A model generated the notes under the pieces. That model worked only from the letters and a program-made list of their open reading frames with translations, was not told the DNA's origin and made no database searches. A stretch of 64,000 bases of DNA from Minisyncoccota bacterium (GTDB taxonomy: Bacteria; Patescibacteriota; Minisyncoccia; Phycocordibacterales; Phycocordibacteraceae), in NCBI GenBank assembly GCA_018062765.1, contig JAGORR010000001.1, positions 506,485 to 570,484 of the forward strand. Direction: 5' to 3'. Of this stretch, positions 9,843-18,362 are shown one piece after another. Position numbers and translations under genes: made by a program. How positions within the stretch are numbered: the first letter of the stretch is position 1; every line of letters starts with the position of its first letter.

Positions 9843-9880
9843 AAAAGTAAAAATCCCGCAAGGCGGGATTTTTACTTTTC
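9843..9880. terminator. bidirectional rho-independent terminator (rplI to the left, rpmA to the right)
   Basis: aaaatcccgc-aagg-gcgggatttt with an A-run before and a T-run after. Confidence 0.8.
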
Positions 9881-9894
9881 TCGCGCTTGCGCGT

Positions 9895-10167
9895 CTAGAT
9901 GACGTCGACGACCTTCTTACGGATGACGCGACCGTCAAAGCCGGTCTTGCGGCGGTCGCGGAACGAGACCGTACCGTTAGTCATTGCAAAAAGGGTGTGG
10001 TCCTTGCCGACCTCAACATTCTTGCCGGCCTCTATTTTCGTACCGCGCTGGCGGACGATGACCATGCCGGTGCGCGCCTGCTGGCCAGCAGCGAGCTTCA
10101 CCCCGAGGTATTTCGGATTCGAAGTATTGAGGTTTTTGGCTGAGCCGCCGGCTTTAGTTGATGCCAT
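9895..10167 (-). CDS. rpmA: 50S ribosomal protein L27 (with C-terminal extension)
   Basis: core VIVRQRGTK...GKDHTLFA matches L27; the protein is about 90 aa with an extended C-terminus; not adjacent to rplU. Confidence 0.9.
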   Translation of the reverse strand: MASTKAGGSAKNLNTSNPKYLGVKLAAGQQARTGMVIVRQRGTKIEAGKNVEVGKDHTLFAMTNGTVSFRDRRKTGFDGRVIRKKVVDVI

Positions 10168-10186
10168 AGTGGTATGCTTTTACCTA

Positions 10187-10576
10187 GTGATTATAGCGAA
10201 AGTTTGGCATTGGTGCAAGGCGCTCTTGGCGCGTGTCCCGACCCACCTTTTGGTCACGGTGGCGGTCATATTAGCTGTCTCCGCGTCGTTCGCCCTAGGC
10301 ATCATTGTGGGTAGCGAGCAGGGGAGGGCGCCGGGTATCGCTGTAAGCCAGGTAGCGACGTCTACCTCGCCCCTACCACTCTCAACGGCCTCAGAGAGCC
10401 CGCCAGCCATCCCCGGGGGAGGGGAGGTTGTCGCCTCCAAAAGCGGGACCAAGTACTACTTCCCGTGGTGCGGGACGGTAAAGCGCATCAAAGAGGAGAA
10501 TAAGGTCTGGTTTGCGTCCCGCGAGGCGGCAGAAGCGGCCGGGTACGAGCCGGCCGCAAACTGCAAAGGGATGTAG
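10187..10576 (+). CDS. membrane-anchored protein with C-terminal Ada-like metal-binding motif
   Basis: C-terminus KYYFPWCGTVKRIKEENKVWFASREAAEAAGYEPAANC resembles the Ada N-terminal Zn-binding domain pattern; one TM helix; start uncertain (GTG 10169 or 10187); the upstream part of the table ORF is antisense to rpmA. Confidence 0.4.
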   Translation: MIIAKVWHWCKALLARVPTHLLVTVAVILAVSASFALGIIVGSEQGRAPGIAVSQVATSTSPLPLSTASESPPAIPGGGEVVASKSGTKYYFPWCGTVKRIKEENKVWFASREAAEAAGYEPAANCKGM

Positions 10577-10584
10577 TATCGATT

Positions 10585-10612
10585 TTGTAATTCTTAAATT
10601 TCGTGTTATAAA
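10585..10612 (+). promoter_or_regulatory. sigma70-like promoter TTGTAA-16-TATAAA
   Basis: lies in an AT-rich intergenic region; GGGAG SD follows before the ATG at 10665. Confidence 0.45.
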
Positions 10613-10664
10613 AGCTTCGGTTGCGTTTCTAACCAAGCACGCATAGTTCAATTGGGAGCTAGAC

Positions 10665-11366
10665 ATGGCAAAAGCCAAGCCTGAATCAGTGATTCCGACG
10701 ACTTCGCTGCTCGCGAAAATCATCGATCAAGTCAACACAAACCCGTTCGGCGATGTTCGTGCGCCAAGCGAGATGATTCCGTCTGGCGTCGAGTCGATTG
10801 GCGTCGCGCCCGACTACATCCGGCGGCTCGTCACCATCGAGGTCGATCTTCAGTTCGTGCACGACAAGGTCGCGGCGGAGCTCAAAGAGCTCAGTGGCCG
10901 GCTCGAAGCGGCCGTCGGCATCAAGAAGGGGCCGATGGATCTCGCGGGGTATGTGCGATCAGTTCTCGAGAGCGACCTCACGGTCGAGGATCTCGACAAT
11001 AAGCTCGAGCTCGAGCGGCAGCACTGGATCATCCATGCCAGGATGAAGATGCTCCGGGAACTCATCAAAGCTGAGCTGATCTTCGCCTTCCCGACGGCGG
11101 TCGACGACTTCGGCAAACCGAGGACGCTCACCGTGTACTCGAACTGGTCGGTGGCGCCGGTGAAAGGACGGCTCGAGAGCCTCCTTGAAGGCCTCACCGA
11201 GGCCGCAATGAATGCCTCCCGCAGCGGCAACGGCTCGGGGCGCCCCGTACCTGAGTTCGACGATACCGACGAGGTGTCTGCTATGTTCGATGGACTCTTC
11301 GGGAGCTCTCCCGGTCTCGGGGACATTCTTCGCCAGGCCGGAGAGGGTGCGCGCTTCGGCGAGTGA
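10665..11366 (+). CDS. hypothetical protein
   Basis: 233 aa, acidic, no recognised domain; own promoter and terminator. Confidence 0.6.
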   Translation: MAKAKPESVIPTTSLLAKIIDQVNTNPFGDVRAPSEMIPSGVESIGVAPDYIRRLVTIEVDLQFVHDKVAAELKELSGRLEAAVGIKKGPMDLAGYVRSVLESDLTVEDLDNKLELERQHWIIHARMKMLRELIKAELIFAFPTAVDDFGKPRTLTVYSNWSVAPVKGRLESLLEGLTEAAMNASRSGNGSGRPVPEFDDTDEVSAMFDGLFGSSPGLGDILRQAGEGARFGE

Positions 11367-11392
11367 TCCTCAGAGCCTGTCGCGACAATCTT

Positions 11393-11429
11393 GTGCCGGA
11401 CCCCCTCGGGTCCGGCACATTCTTTTTAT
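11393..11429 (+). terminator. rho-independent terminator
   Basis: gtgccggaccc-cctc-gggtccggcac followed by attctttttat. Confidence 0.8.
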
Positions 11430-11432
11430 ATT

Positions 11433-12047
11433 ATGATGAGGAGCATGATCGTCCTTGATGTAGAAACCACAGGGCTCTCGGCAGAGAAAAACTCGATACT
11501 ATCTATCGGGGCATTAGACCTAGACGAGCCCACGAATCAGTTCTATGACGAGTGCCGCGCATGGGACGGGGCGGTTATATCGGATGAGGCGCTTGCCGTG
11601 AACGGTTTTACGCGCGAGGAGGCGACGAGCGAGAGTCGGAAGAGCGAAGCGGACCTTATAAAAGCGTTCGTAGCGTGGGGAACGGACCGTCCTAAGGAGA
11701 AGACGCTTGCGAGTCAGAACATCGCGTTCGACCGCGCGTTCGTCGAGGCTGCCTGCGACCGCGCGGATATCGAGTTTCCGTTCGCGCACCGCACCATCGA
11801 TACGCACAGCTTGGTGTGGCTCCACATGATTCAGCGGGGGATAGCGCCACCCCTTAAAAACGGGCATTCAGGCATCAGTCTTACTGCCGCACTCCAGTAT
11901 GTTGGGCTTCCAGAAGAGCCGAAGCCCCATAACGGACTCACGGGCGCACTTTGTCATGCGGAGATAATCGCGCGTGTCGCGTATAATAAGAAACTGTTGG
12001 ACGATTTTTCTAATTACGACATCCCATGGATTCCGAAAGAGATATAA
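11433..12047 (+). CDS. DEDDh 3'-5' exonuclease (DnaQ-like)
   Basis: MIVLDVETTGL exo I motif; start after the terminator (ATG 11433 or 11445); the table ORF start at 11391 spans the terminator. Confidence 0.7.
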   Translation: MMRSMIVLDVETTGLSAEKNSILSIGALDLDEPTNQFYDECRAWDGAVISDEALAVNGFTREEATSESRKSEADLIKAFVAWGTDRPKEKTLASQNIAFDRAFVEAACDRADIEFPFAHRTIDTHSLVWLHMIQRGIAPPLKNGHSGISLTAALQYVGLPEEPKPHNGLTGALCHAEIIARVAYNKKLLDDFSNYDIPWIPKEI

Positions 12048-12208
12048 ATACTGCTTCCGGTGGCAGCCTCGTGCCACGCAAAGGGGGAGGGAAGGATGTC
12101 CATGAATCAGCCCACGCGCTCAAGGCCGCGATTGATGAAGGCAAGCACGAGGTGCCTGCTGGTCCCGCGCCACTAGTATGCAAGCCCCGCGTGCTTGAAC
12201 CATGGCGC

Positions 12209-12811
12209 ATGTTCAAGATTATGGCGGAGTTTACGGAGGGATTCGATCTTTTGACTAAGTACGGACTTGCAGCGACCTTCTTCGGAACGGCTCGGTCCTC
12301 TTTCGATAGTGCCGTCTATAACGATGCCACCGAACTTGCGCAAAGACTTGCAAAGCGCGGTTTTGCCGTCATCACAGGCGGCGCCTCGGGCGTCATGAAG
12401 GCGGCAAATAAAGGCGCGCACGATGCGGGCGGCGCGTCCGTGGGCCTTAACATCGAGCTCGAGCACTCGGAAGGCGAGAATGGATTTTTGACGGACCACA
12501 TTCTGTTCAATCATTTCTTCGTTCGCAAGGTCATGCTGACCTACGCATCTGAGGTATATATCTACTTCCCAGGAGGATTCGGCACGCTGGATGAATTCTT
12601 CGAGATAGTGACGTTGGTTCAGACGGGAAAGATTAAACCCGTTCCTATCGTCCTCTATAATAAGGAGTACTGGACTCCGCTTATCTCGTTTTTTGAGACA
12701 CAGCTCCGGGACAAGTATCACGCGATTGACCCACTCGATATGGATCTTTTCCATCTAACCGACACCGTAGACGAAGCATTTGAGTATATTGTTGCCAATG
12801 TGAAGTGTTAG
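12209..12811 (+). CDS. LOG family (TIGR00730) protein
   Basis: GGGxGxM and PGGFGTLDE motifs; about 200 aa from MFKIMAEF; an in-frame start further upstream is possible. Confidence 0.7.
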   Translation: MFKIMAEFTEGFDLLTKYGLAATFFGTARSSFDSAVYNDATELAQRLAKRGFAVITGGASGVMKAANKGAHDAGGASVGLNIELEHSEGENGFLTDHILFNHFFVRKVMLTYASEVYIYFPGGFGTLDEFFEIVTLVQTGKIKPVPIVLYNKEYWTPLISFFETQLRDKYHAIDPLDMDLFHLTDTVDEAFEYIVANVKC

Positions 12812-12837
12812 TGCCAGTCCCAACCTAACGCGTGTCA

Positions 12838-12872
12838 AAGCCCCGCCAATTATTGGCGGGGCTTTCTCGCTC
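12838..12872. terminator. bidirectional terminator
   Basis: aaagccccgccaat-ta-ttggcggggcttt. Confidence 0.7.
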
Positions 12873-12886
12873 GGGCGCGTATGTCG

Positions 12887-13156
12887 TCAGCGCACACCGC
12901 GCTGAAAGGCGTCATAGGCATGCGCCGGCATGGTTTTCTCGGTGCTCTCGAGTGCGCGGTAGTGCGCGGTCACGTAGTCCGGAATCGTCGCACGCAGACG
13001 ATACCCATTCGTGTCGTCCGTGAATTGCTTCCCGGTGCGCCGCTCCTTCCGGGTCTGAACCCAAATGGATTCAAACAGCGCATAGTGCGTGCACTTGCGC
13101 TTCGCCACATCCTCCTCGATTCGCTCGCGTACTGTCTTCGCCACGTAATCCTCCAT
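12887..13156 (-). CDS. hypothetical protein
   Basis: 89 aa from MEDYVAKTV...; AGGAG SD 10 nt upstream; no recognised domain. Confidence 0.45.
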   Translation of the reverse strand: MEDYVAKTVRERIEEDVAKRKCTHYALFESIWVQTRKERRTGKQFTDDTNGYRLRATIPDYVTAHYRALESTEKTMPAHAYDAFQRGVR

Positions 13157-13227
13157 CGCTATCGAACTCCTGTTTGGGAGTTTACTCCTAGCCGCCGTGC
13201 TGTGAAGGGGAGCGAATGGACAAGATA

Positions 13228-13262
13228 AAACCCCCGGCCGTAAGACCGGGGGTTGCCAGCGA
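13228..13262 (-). terminator. rho-independent terminator of the histidine-phosphatase gene
   Basis: minus-strand cccccggtc-ttacg-gccggggg hairpin then ttttatcttg. Confidence 0.6.
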
Positions 13263-13369
13263 CATCCCGTCACGGGAAGGCCCTCATGGGCAGCTGCAGG
13301 AATGACCTTGTGGGACATTCGCTTCGCCGACGCCAAGAATGTGCCATAGGCGTGTACGCCTGTAAAGCA

Positions 13370-13816
13370 CTAGACGCGCTCGAAGGTCTTCGTGGCGCAA
13401 TCGATGATGACCGCCTGACCTTTATCGATGCTTCCGACCTGGAACCGTGTCTGAAGCTCGTTCTTCCCGAAGTACGACGGGAACTCATCGCAATACTCCT
13501 GATGGGTCACGATGAGGAGCGTATCGACGTCTGCACCGCGATCCTTCACAAGCTTGAGCGCTGCAGGCATGTCGGGGTCCTGCGCCGCATCAGACCGCAA
13601 CAGCGCGTACTGCTCGGGCTCGCTATTGCTCACCAGCGAAAGTATCCCGGCCGACTCAACCGCTCGCTTTGCGGTCGACGTAAGGATGCGAAGCCGACCA
13701 AGTTCACGCAGACATAGCTCGCGCGTGAGCATCTCTATCTTCTCGGTACCAGAGGCCGAAAGGCCCAAGGTGGCCGTATCATAATCGCCGTGGCGCACGA
13801 TGATGAGGTATTTCAT
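13370..13816 (-). CDS. histidine phosphatase family protein (SixA-like)
   Basis: IIVRHGDY (RHG catalytic motif) near the N-terminus; 148 aa. Confidence 0.7.
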   Translation of the reverse strand: MKYLIIVRHGDYDTATLGLSASGTEKIEMLTRELCLRELGRLRILTSTAKRAVESAGILSLVSNSEPEQYALLRSDAAQDPDMPAALKLVKDRGADVDTLLIVTHQEYCDEFPSYFGKNELQTRFQVGSIDKGQAVIIDCATKTFERV

Positions 13817-13935
13817 TTGATTTCTCCAGGAACAAGTTCGAAGGCACTATGCTTTAACTCGCACAGTTTGTGAAGGGCAGATATGTCTTAAAAGGAGAGC
13901 TCCACGTACACAGTCATGGATGCTATGCTGGCCTC

Positions 13936-14322
13936 ATGTCCGTAAATCTCAAAATTTTGCAAGGTCAGGACGAACTAATTGCTAGCGAATCCTTCCTCGT
14001 AATCGAAGACAATCCGGTGGATGTAAAGTTATCTGCTGATGATGGTCCACCACTCGAGTTGCGTTTTCTGTTTGACGAAAAGGATGAAAAAAAGAATGAC
14101 GGTGCACCTGTTACTGAGGTTAAGGATGAGATTCTTACTGTTCAATTAGGACATGTTCCCGATGGCGGGAATGCAAAGCCCTGGGCAATTGGCACAAACG
14201 ATAAGGGAGACGAGGAGATAGTCATGCTCATCAATGTGCAGAGACAAGACCCTTCCGGATCTGTCAGAATCTTGATGGTGACATTCTACAAGAGGAAGCG
14301 CCTAAGTCCTCTAAATGCTTAG
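13936..14322 (+). CDS. hypothetical protein (AT-richer island gene A)
   Basis: 129 aa from MSVNLKIL (alternative GTG 13870); composition differs from flanking genes; no recognised domain. Confidence 0.5.
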   Translation: MSVNLKILQGQDELIASESFLVIEDNPVDVKLSADDGPPLELRFLFDEKDEKKNDGAPVTEVKDEILTVQLGHVPDGGNAKPWAIGTNDKGDEEIVMLINVQRQDPSGSVRILMVTFYKRKRLSPLNA

Positions 14323-14324
14323 GT

Positions 14325-14591
14325 ATGGCAAAGCCTCTATTACCGCACGGAGTTAGACGAGAGAGTAATTGGCAAACTCAAGCCGATAAAACTATAAACA
14401 CCGTTATGCTAATCGTCCGTGCGGGACTTTGGACACTGTTTATCGTTTTCATCTGTCTTCTAGCTTACCTAATTGGATACTACGTGTATCACGGCGATGT
14501 CGACGGGATTAAATCAATCTTATTCAATGGCATGTCAGGTCTTATCGGATTCCTACTCAGCCAGATTAAATTGAACGTAAAAGGGAAGTGA
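14325..14591 (+). CDS. hypothetical 2-TM small membrane protein (island gene B)
   Basis: 88 aa; start 2 nt after the gene A stop (coupled); two hydrophobic helices. Confidence 0.5.
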   Translation: MAKPLLPHGVRRESNWQTQADKTINTVMLIVRAGLWTLFIVFICLLAYLIGYYVYHGDVDGIKSILFNGMSGLIGFLLSQIKLNVKGK

Positions 14592-15140
14592 CATCCCCAA
14601 TTTTGACCGAAATCCGACTTCCCCGGGTCCGGTCGATTTTCGACCAAAGTGCCACTAGGAGAGACTCAGGCAGGCCTATCGACGCGAGTTCTGATACCTA
14701 ATACGAATTGAGAATTCAACGCGCGCGATTCTAGAGCCTCGTATGGGGCAGGGTATGGGCAGAGGGAAGTCCCCCGGCTTACGCTATATGAGTGTCGCAC
14801 AATATATCTTTTGCGACTCTTCCTCCTAGGAAGGGTTGTAAAAGATACGGCGCACATCTACGACGTGCCTTGGCCCCAAGTACGTCATAGATGTGCTTTT
14901 GCGACCGGTTCTGTGGGTAGTCGTAGGCACTTCTCTCTATACCCGGACCGAGAATCGTCAAACGAGATTTAAAATGGCCCACTTCCTAGGCTAGGGGACT
15001 ACTCCCCTCCCCTACAATCTCGGATACCCGAGATTTATGAAGCGAACGTCGCAAATTGGAAATACACTCAGGTATACTCTAACCGTTCGGTTGGATCGGT
15101 CGTGATTACCCCTCCTGCCGATATCGTTCGACTAACTTAA
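14592..15140 (+). ncRNA. candidate large structured noncoding RNA or long structured 3' UTR (unclassified)
   Basis: about 550 nt with no ORF over 67 aa on either strand; several hairpins (14794-14817, 14852-14896, 14994-15010, 15017-15034); repeated cttttgcgac and cctagg motifs; ends in a strong plus-strand terminator. Confidence 0.3.
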
Positions 15141-15191
15141 GCCTGCAGCCCCGGACGTCGCAGACGTCTTGCGCCTGCAGGCTCTTTTTTA
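15141..15191 (+). terminator. strong rho-independent terminator
   Basis: gcctgcag...(inner gacgtc-gca-gacgtc)...ctgcaggc compound hairpin followed by tctttttt. Confidence 0.85.
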
Positions 15192-15437
15192 TACTTCGCC
15201 GTCTAGGTGCCTCGTAAAGTGCTTCTTAATCGTGTTGTCGAGCGCCTTTGAGAAATCAATAGCGTGCTTTGGGGAAAGGACGACTTCGGCAACGAGCTGG
15301 CCGTTGGTTGCTGCTGGTCGCAGGTACGCGAACTGAATAATTACTGAGTCGTCGGAAACGGTGACTTGCGTCGCATTCGAAAACGATGGCGCAGCGCCTG
15401 CGGGCATCGGAATGGTGATGGTTTTCTTTAGAGCCAT
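15189..15437 (-). CDS. DUF3467-like small protein
   Basis: 82 aa; FSNATQVTVSDDSVIIQF...VVLSPKHAIDFSKALDNTIKKH pattern resembles DUF3467. Confidence 0.55.
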   Translation of the reverse strand: MALKKTITIPMPAGAAPSFSNATQVTVSDDSVIIQFAYLRPAATNGQLVAEVVLSPKHAIDFSKALDNTIKKHFTRHLDGEV

Positions 15438-15447
15438 AGAAATCGTC

Positions 15448-15660
15448 TTAGGTGAATATACGAACGACCCATTCTAAGATGCCGCCGAGGAAATGAAATA
15501 TGAAGGCGATGCCGGCCTTTAGAAACCCGAGGACATAGTCGATATTCTCCTGACCGGCAGGAGACTCGACCACGGCCTGTATCGAGATGCCGAAAAAAGA
15601 CATAACGAGGACTGCAATAGCCGTCCACATGAGGATGCGAATCATGAACGTATTATACAA
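15448..15660 (-). CDS. small 2-TM membrane protein
   Basis: 70 aa; two hydrophobic helices; in an operon with the M23 peptidase. Confidence 0.5.
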   Translation of the reverse strand: MYNTFMIRILMWTAIAVLVMSFFGISIQAVVESPAGQENIDYVLGFLKAGIAFIFHFLGGILEWVVRIFT

Positions 15661-15678
15661 CTTTCCAACCTCCCTGCC

Positions 15679-16941
15679 TTACAGGTACGACATCGGGTCG
15701 AGATAGGCGTTAGGCGCCGCGATAGGAATAGTCACGGTGTATCCGCTCTTGCAGGTGTACTGCCTGAAATTAACGGCATCCGCGTAGTAGACGGTGAAGT
15801 GGAGATGGGGTCCGGTCGCGTATCCGGTCATTCCCGCGTAGCCAATGACAGCGCCCGTGCCGACCGCATCTCCCTTCTCGACCGATACGGTTGAAAGGTG
15901 CGCGTAGAGAGTCGCAAGTCCGTTGGCGTGCTTTATGAGAACCCACTTACCGTACTGACAGTTCTGCACAGCGCCGAGATTAATCTCCATGACCGTACCG
16001 GAAAGTGATGCGTAGATTGGCGTCCCAGTCTGCGCGCGCAAATCGATGCCATCGTGGTACCCAGATGTATAGAGACGTCCCGAGTCCGAGGTCTTACCGA
16101 AATTCTGAGTAATAAACGCGTCAGCGACTGGCCAACGAAGCACGCCCTTGCCCGCAACCGGCACCGTGTCTGGATTGATAATGTACTGCAGCTTAGAAGA
16201 AAGGTCGTATAGCGCGTCCTGGAAGGACGCCGCCTCCGCTCGCTTATCAGCGAGGAGCTTCTGATACTGCGCCTCCTCTGCCTGCGTTTGCGTAAGGAGC
16301 TGCGCCTTGCCCTGCCGATTCACATCAAGCGCTTGTTTCTGGCTTGAGAGCTCCTGATTGCTCGCCGAGAGTCCTACACGCGTGTCAGCAACGGCTTCGT
16401 GCTGATCGTGAAGAGCAACCTTAGCCTCGGAGAGCGCAAGCGTATGACTGCGGAGCGTCTCCGAGAGCGCGGCGAGCTGATCGATGGAGGTCCAGGCATC
16501 ACTGAAGTCGCGCGAGCCGACAAGCCGCTCGACTATAGAGTAGTCATCCTCGACCGCCATGGCGCGAAGGGACGCAGCGAGAGCCGCCTGGTCAACAGCG
16601 ATTGACTTCTCCTTATCACTAATCTCAAGCGCGAGCTCATCGAGACGCAGGTTCGCTGCAGATATTTTCTGCTGAATTGACTTGATCTGCGCAGATGTCT
16701 TGCTGCGCGAAACATCAAGGGTCTGTATCGCTGATTGCAAAGTTTGCTTGTTGCCGGAGATGGTCTGCAGTTGTTTCTCGTAGGTGCGAATCTCTTCATC
16801 GAGCTTGGCACGCTCTTCGTTAATCGATTCAATTTGCTCGCGTATCTCTTCAACGGTATCGGCCTGCGTCGCAACCGGAAGGAGACTCGCTACAGAGAGC
16901 AGGGCAATAAGAAGTATGAAAATGCGGCCAAGAACGTTCAT
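15679..16941 (-). CDS. M23 family metallopeptidase with N-terminal coiled coil (EnvC-like)
   Basis: signal peptide; long coiled coil; C-terminal HxxxD...HLHF M23 motifs (GYHDGIDL, GPHLHFTV). Confidence 0.8.
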   Translation of the reverse strand: MNVLGRIFILLIALLSVASLLPVATQADTVEEIREQIESINEERAKLDEEIRTYEKQLQTISGNKQTLQSAIQTLDVSRSKTSAQIKSIQQKISAANLRLDELALEISDKEKSIAVDQAALAASLRAMAVEDDYSIVERLVGSRDFSDAWTSIDQLAALSETLRSHTLALSEAKVALHDQHEAVADTRVGLSASNQELSSQKQALDVNRQGKAQLLTQTQAEEAQYQKLLADKRAEAASFQDALYDLSSKLQYIINPDTVPVAGKGVLRWPVADAFITQNFGKTSDSGRLYTSGYHDGIDLRAQTGTPIYASLSGTVMEINLGAVQNCQYGKWVLIKHANGLATLYAHLSTVSVEKGDAVGTGAVIGYAGMTGYATGPHLHFTVYYADAVNFRQYTCKSGYTVTIPIAAPNAYLDPMSYL

Positions 16942-18362
16942 CGCCCCAGTATAGCAATTGCAGATTTTATACGAGAGAGGGATTCTTCCCTGCCAAGGAT
17001 ATATATGAGGGAAAATGGGTCAGGAGACTTCTCAGCACCGGAAAGCGCGTAGCGAAGCGGCCACAGGACGGCCCCCCTTCCCTCTTTATCGGCATAGACC
17101 ATAAGCTCGGTCTTTATACCCTCAATTGAATCAGGACCCTCGTACGCTTCGATAAGACGAGAAATTTCCGTGAGGTGCGTCGCGGTTACGCCTGGCGTCT
17201 CGGCTGGTTCCTTAGAAACGAGGAGTTTGGAGTCGAGCGTGGACGGTGCCGTAAACACGCAGGCGAGCTCTCCCGCGAGCATCTCGCGTGCTTCCTTAAA
17301 TGTCCGCGCGCGTTCCTTCAAGAGCGAAACCGACTTTCGTAACCGCTCATCGCCGGACAACTCAAACCCACCCTTTAGAACGTACTCCTCATCCGTAAGG
17401 CGGCGCATCCACTCCTGGTTGATATGCAGGAGCTTCTCTTCATCGAGCTTGCCGCCCGACTTCTGTACTTTCTCGATTTCGAACGCGTTAATAAGCTCAT
17501 CGATTGAAAGAATCTCTTCGTCTCCAGCAGGATGCCAGCCCACAAGCGCGAGAAAGTTTACGAACGCGTTTGGCAGGTACCCATCAGCACGGTACTCAAG
17601 GAGATCTTTCGCTCCGTCGCGCTTCGAGAGCTTTTTCTTACCGTCGGGGCCGAGTATCACCGGCATCGTTGCGATGGCGGGTGACGTCTTTCCAAGCGCG
17701 TCGTAGAGCGAAAGGAATTTTGGCGTCGAGGAAATAAACTCCTCTCCACGGATGACGTGCGTGATGCGCATCTCGATGTCATCGACGACGTGCGCGAAGT
17801 TGTAGGTTGGATAGCCATCCGCCTTGATGAGTATGAAGTCGTCGAGCGCCTCCTCGCCGGCAGTAAGCTCGCCGCGCGTAAGGTCGTTCCAGGTAAAACG
17901 CTTAATCTCAGGCGTCTTGAATCTAAGAGACCGAGTACCGTCCCACGTCAGAGTCACTTCCGGGCGATGGTCACGAAAAAGGAAGGGGCGATTCTCCGCT
18001 TCTGCCTGCTTACGGAACGCCTCAAGCTGCTCCTCGGTATAGGGGTCCGGATACGCATGTCCCCTGGCAACAAGCTCATCTGCATACTTTTTGTAGATAT
18101 CGAGGCGAGCAGACTGCACATAAGGACCATACGGCCCATCTTTGTCCGGTCCCTCATCCCAGTCGATGCCAAGCCAACGCAAGCTCTCCATGATGTGGCC
18201 AATGGAACCTTCTACCTCTCGCTCCTTGTCCGTGTCCTCGATGCGCAGAATAAACTGACCGCCGTGCTTTCTGGCATGGAGCCAGGCAAAAAGCGCAGTG
18301 CGCACACCACCCACATGCATCATGCCGGTTGGAGACGGTGCAAATCGGGTACGTACGGTCAT
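16938..18362 (-). CDS. gltX: glutamyl-tRNA synthetase
   Basis: RFAPSPTGMMHVGGVRTALFAW...LRIEDTD class I signature; ATGA overlap with murG. Confidence 0.9.
   Translation of the reverse strand: MTVRTRFAPSPTGMMHVGGVRTALFAWLHARKHGGQFILRIEDTDKEREVEGSIGHIMESLRWLGIDWDEGPDKDGPYGPYVQSARLDIYKKYADELVARGHAYPDPYTEEQLEAFRKQAEAENRPFLFRDHRPEVTLTWDGTRSLRFKTPEIKRFTWNDLTRGELTAGEEALDDFILIKADGYPTYNFAHVVDDIEMRITHVIRGEEFISSTPKFLSLYDALGKTSPAIATMPVILGPDGKKKLSKRDGAKDLLEYRADGYLPNAFVNFLALVGWHPAGDEEILSIDELINAFEIEKVQKSGGKLDEEKLLHINQEWMRRLTDEEYVLKGGFELSGDERLRKSVSLLKERARTFKEAREMLAGELACVFTAPSTLDSKLLVSKEPAETPGVTATHLTEISRLIEAYEGPDSIEGIKTELMVYADKEGRGAVLWPLRYALSGAEKSPDPFSLIYILGREESLSRIKSAIAILGR

Noticed and set aside
9899-10186. 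N-terminal 96 codons of the 225-aa plus-strand table ORF
   Set aside because: It is antisense to rpmA. The real gene is taken to start at GTG 10169 or 10187, after the rpmA start codon.
13217-13306. 29-aa ORF with a GGGGAG SD
   Set aside because: It contains the terminator hairpin of the upstream gene and its SD spacing is only 4 nt, so a real gene is unlikely.
14760-14790. RNase P-like motifs GGGAAGUCC and CCCGGCUUA, plus GGGCAGGG
   Set aside because: The elements resembling the 5' and 3' P4 strands of RNase P RNA are directly adjacent rather than about 280 nt apart. No other conserved RNase P regions (P15, GGUAAG, J11/12) are present. I treat this as coincidence.
14592-15191. tmRNA or a tRNA inside the noncoding region
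   Set aside because: There is no GGGG...GGAUUCGAC 5' end, no tRNA-like T-arm (GTTCRANYC with complementary flanks) and no CCA-proximal acceptor pairing on either strand.
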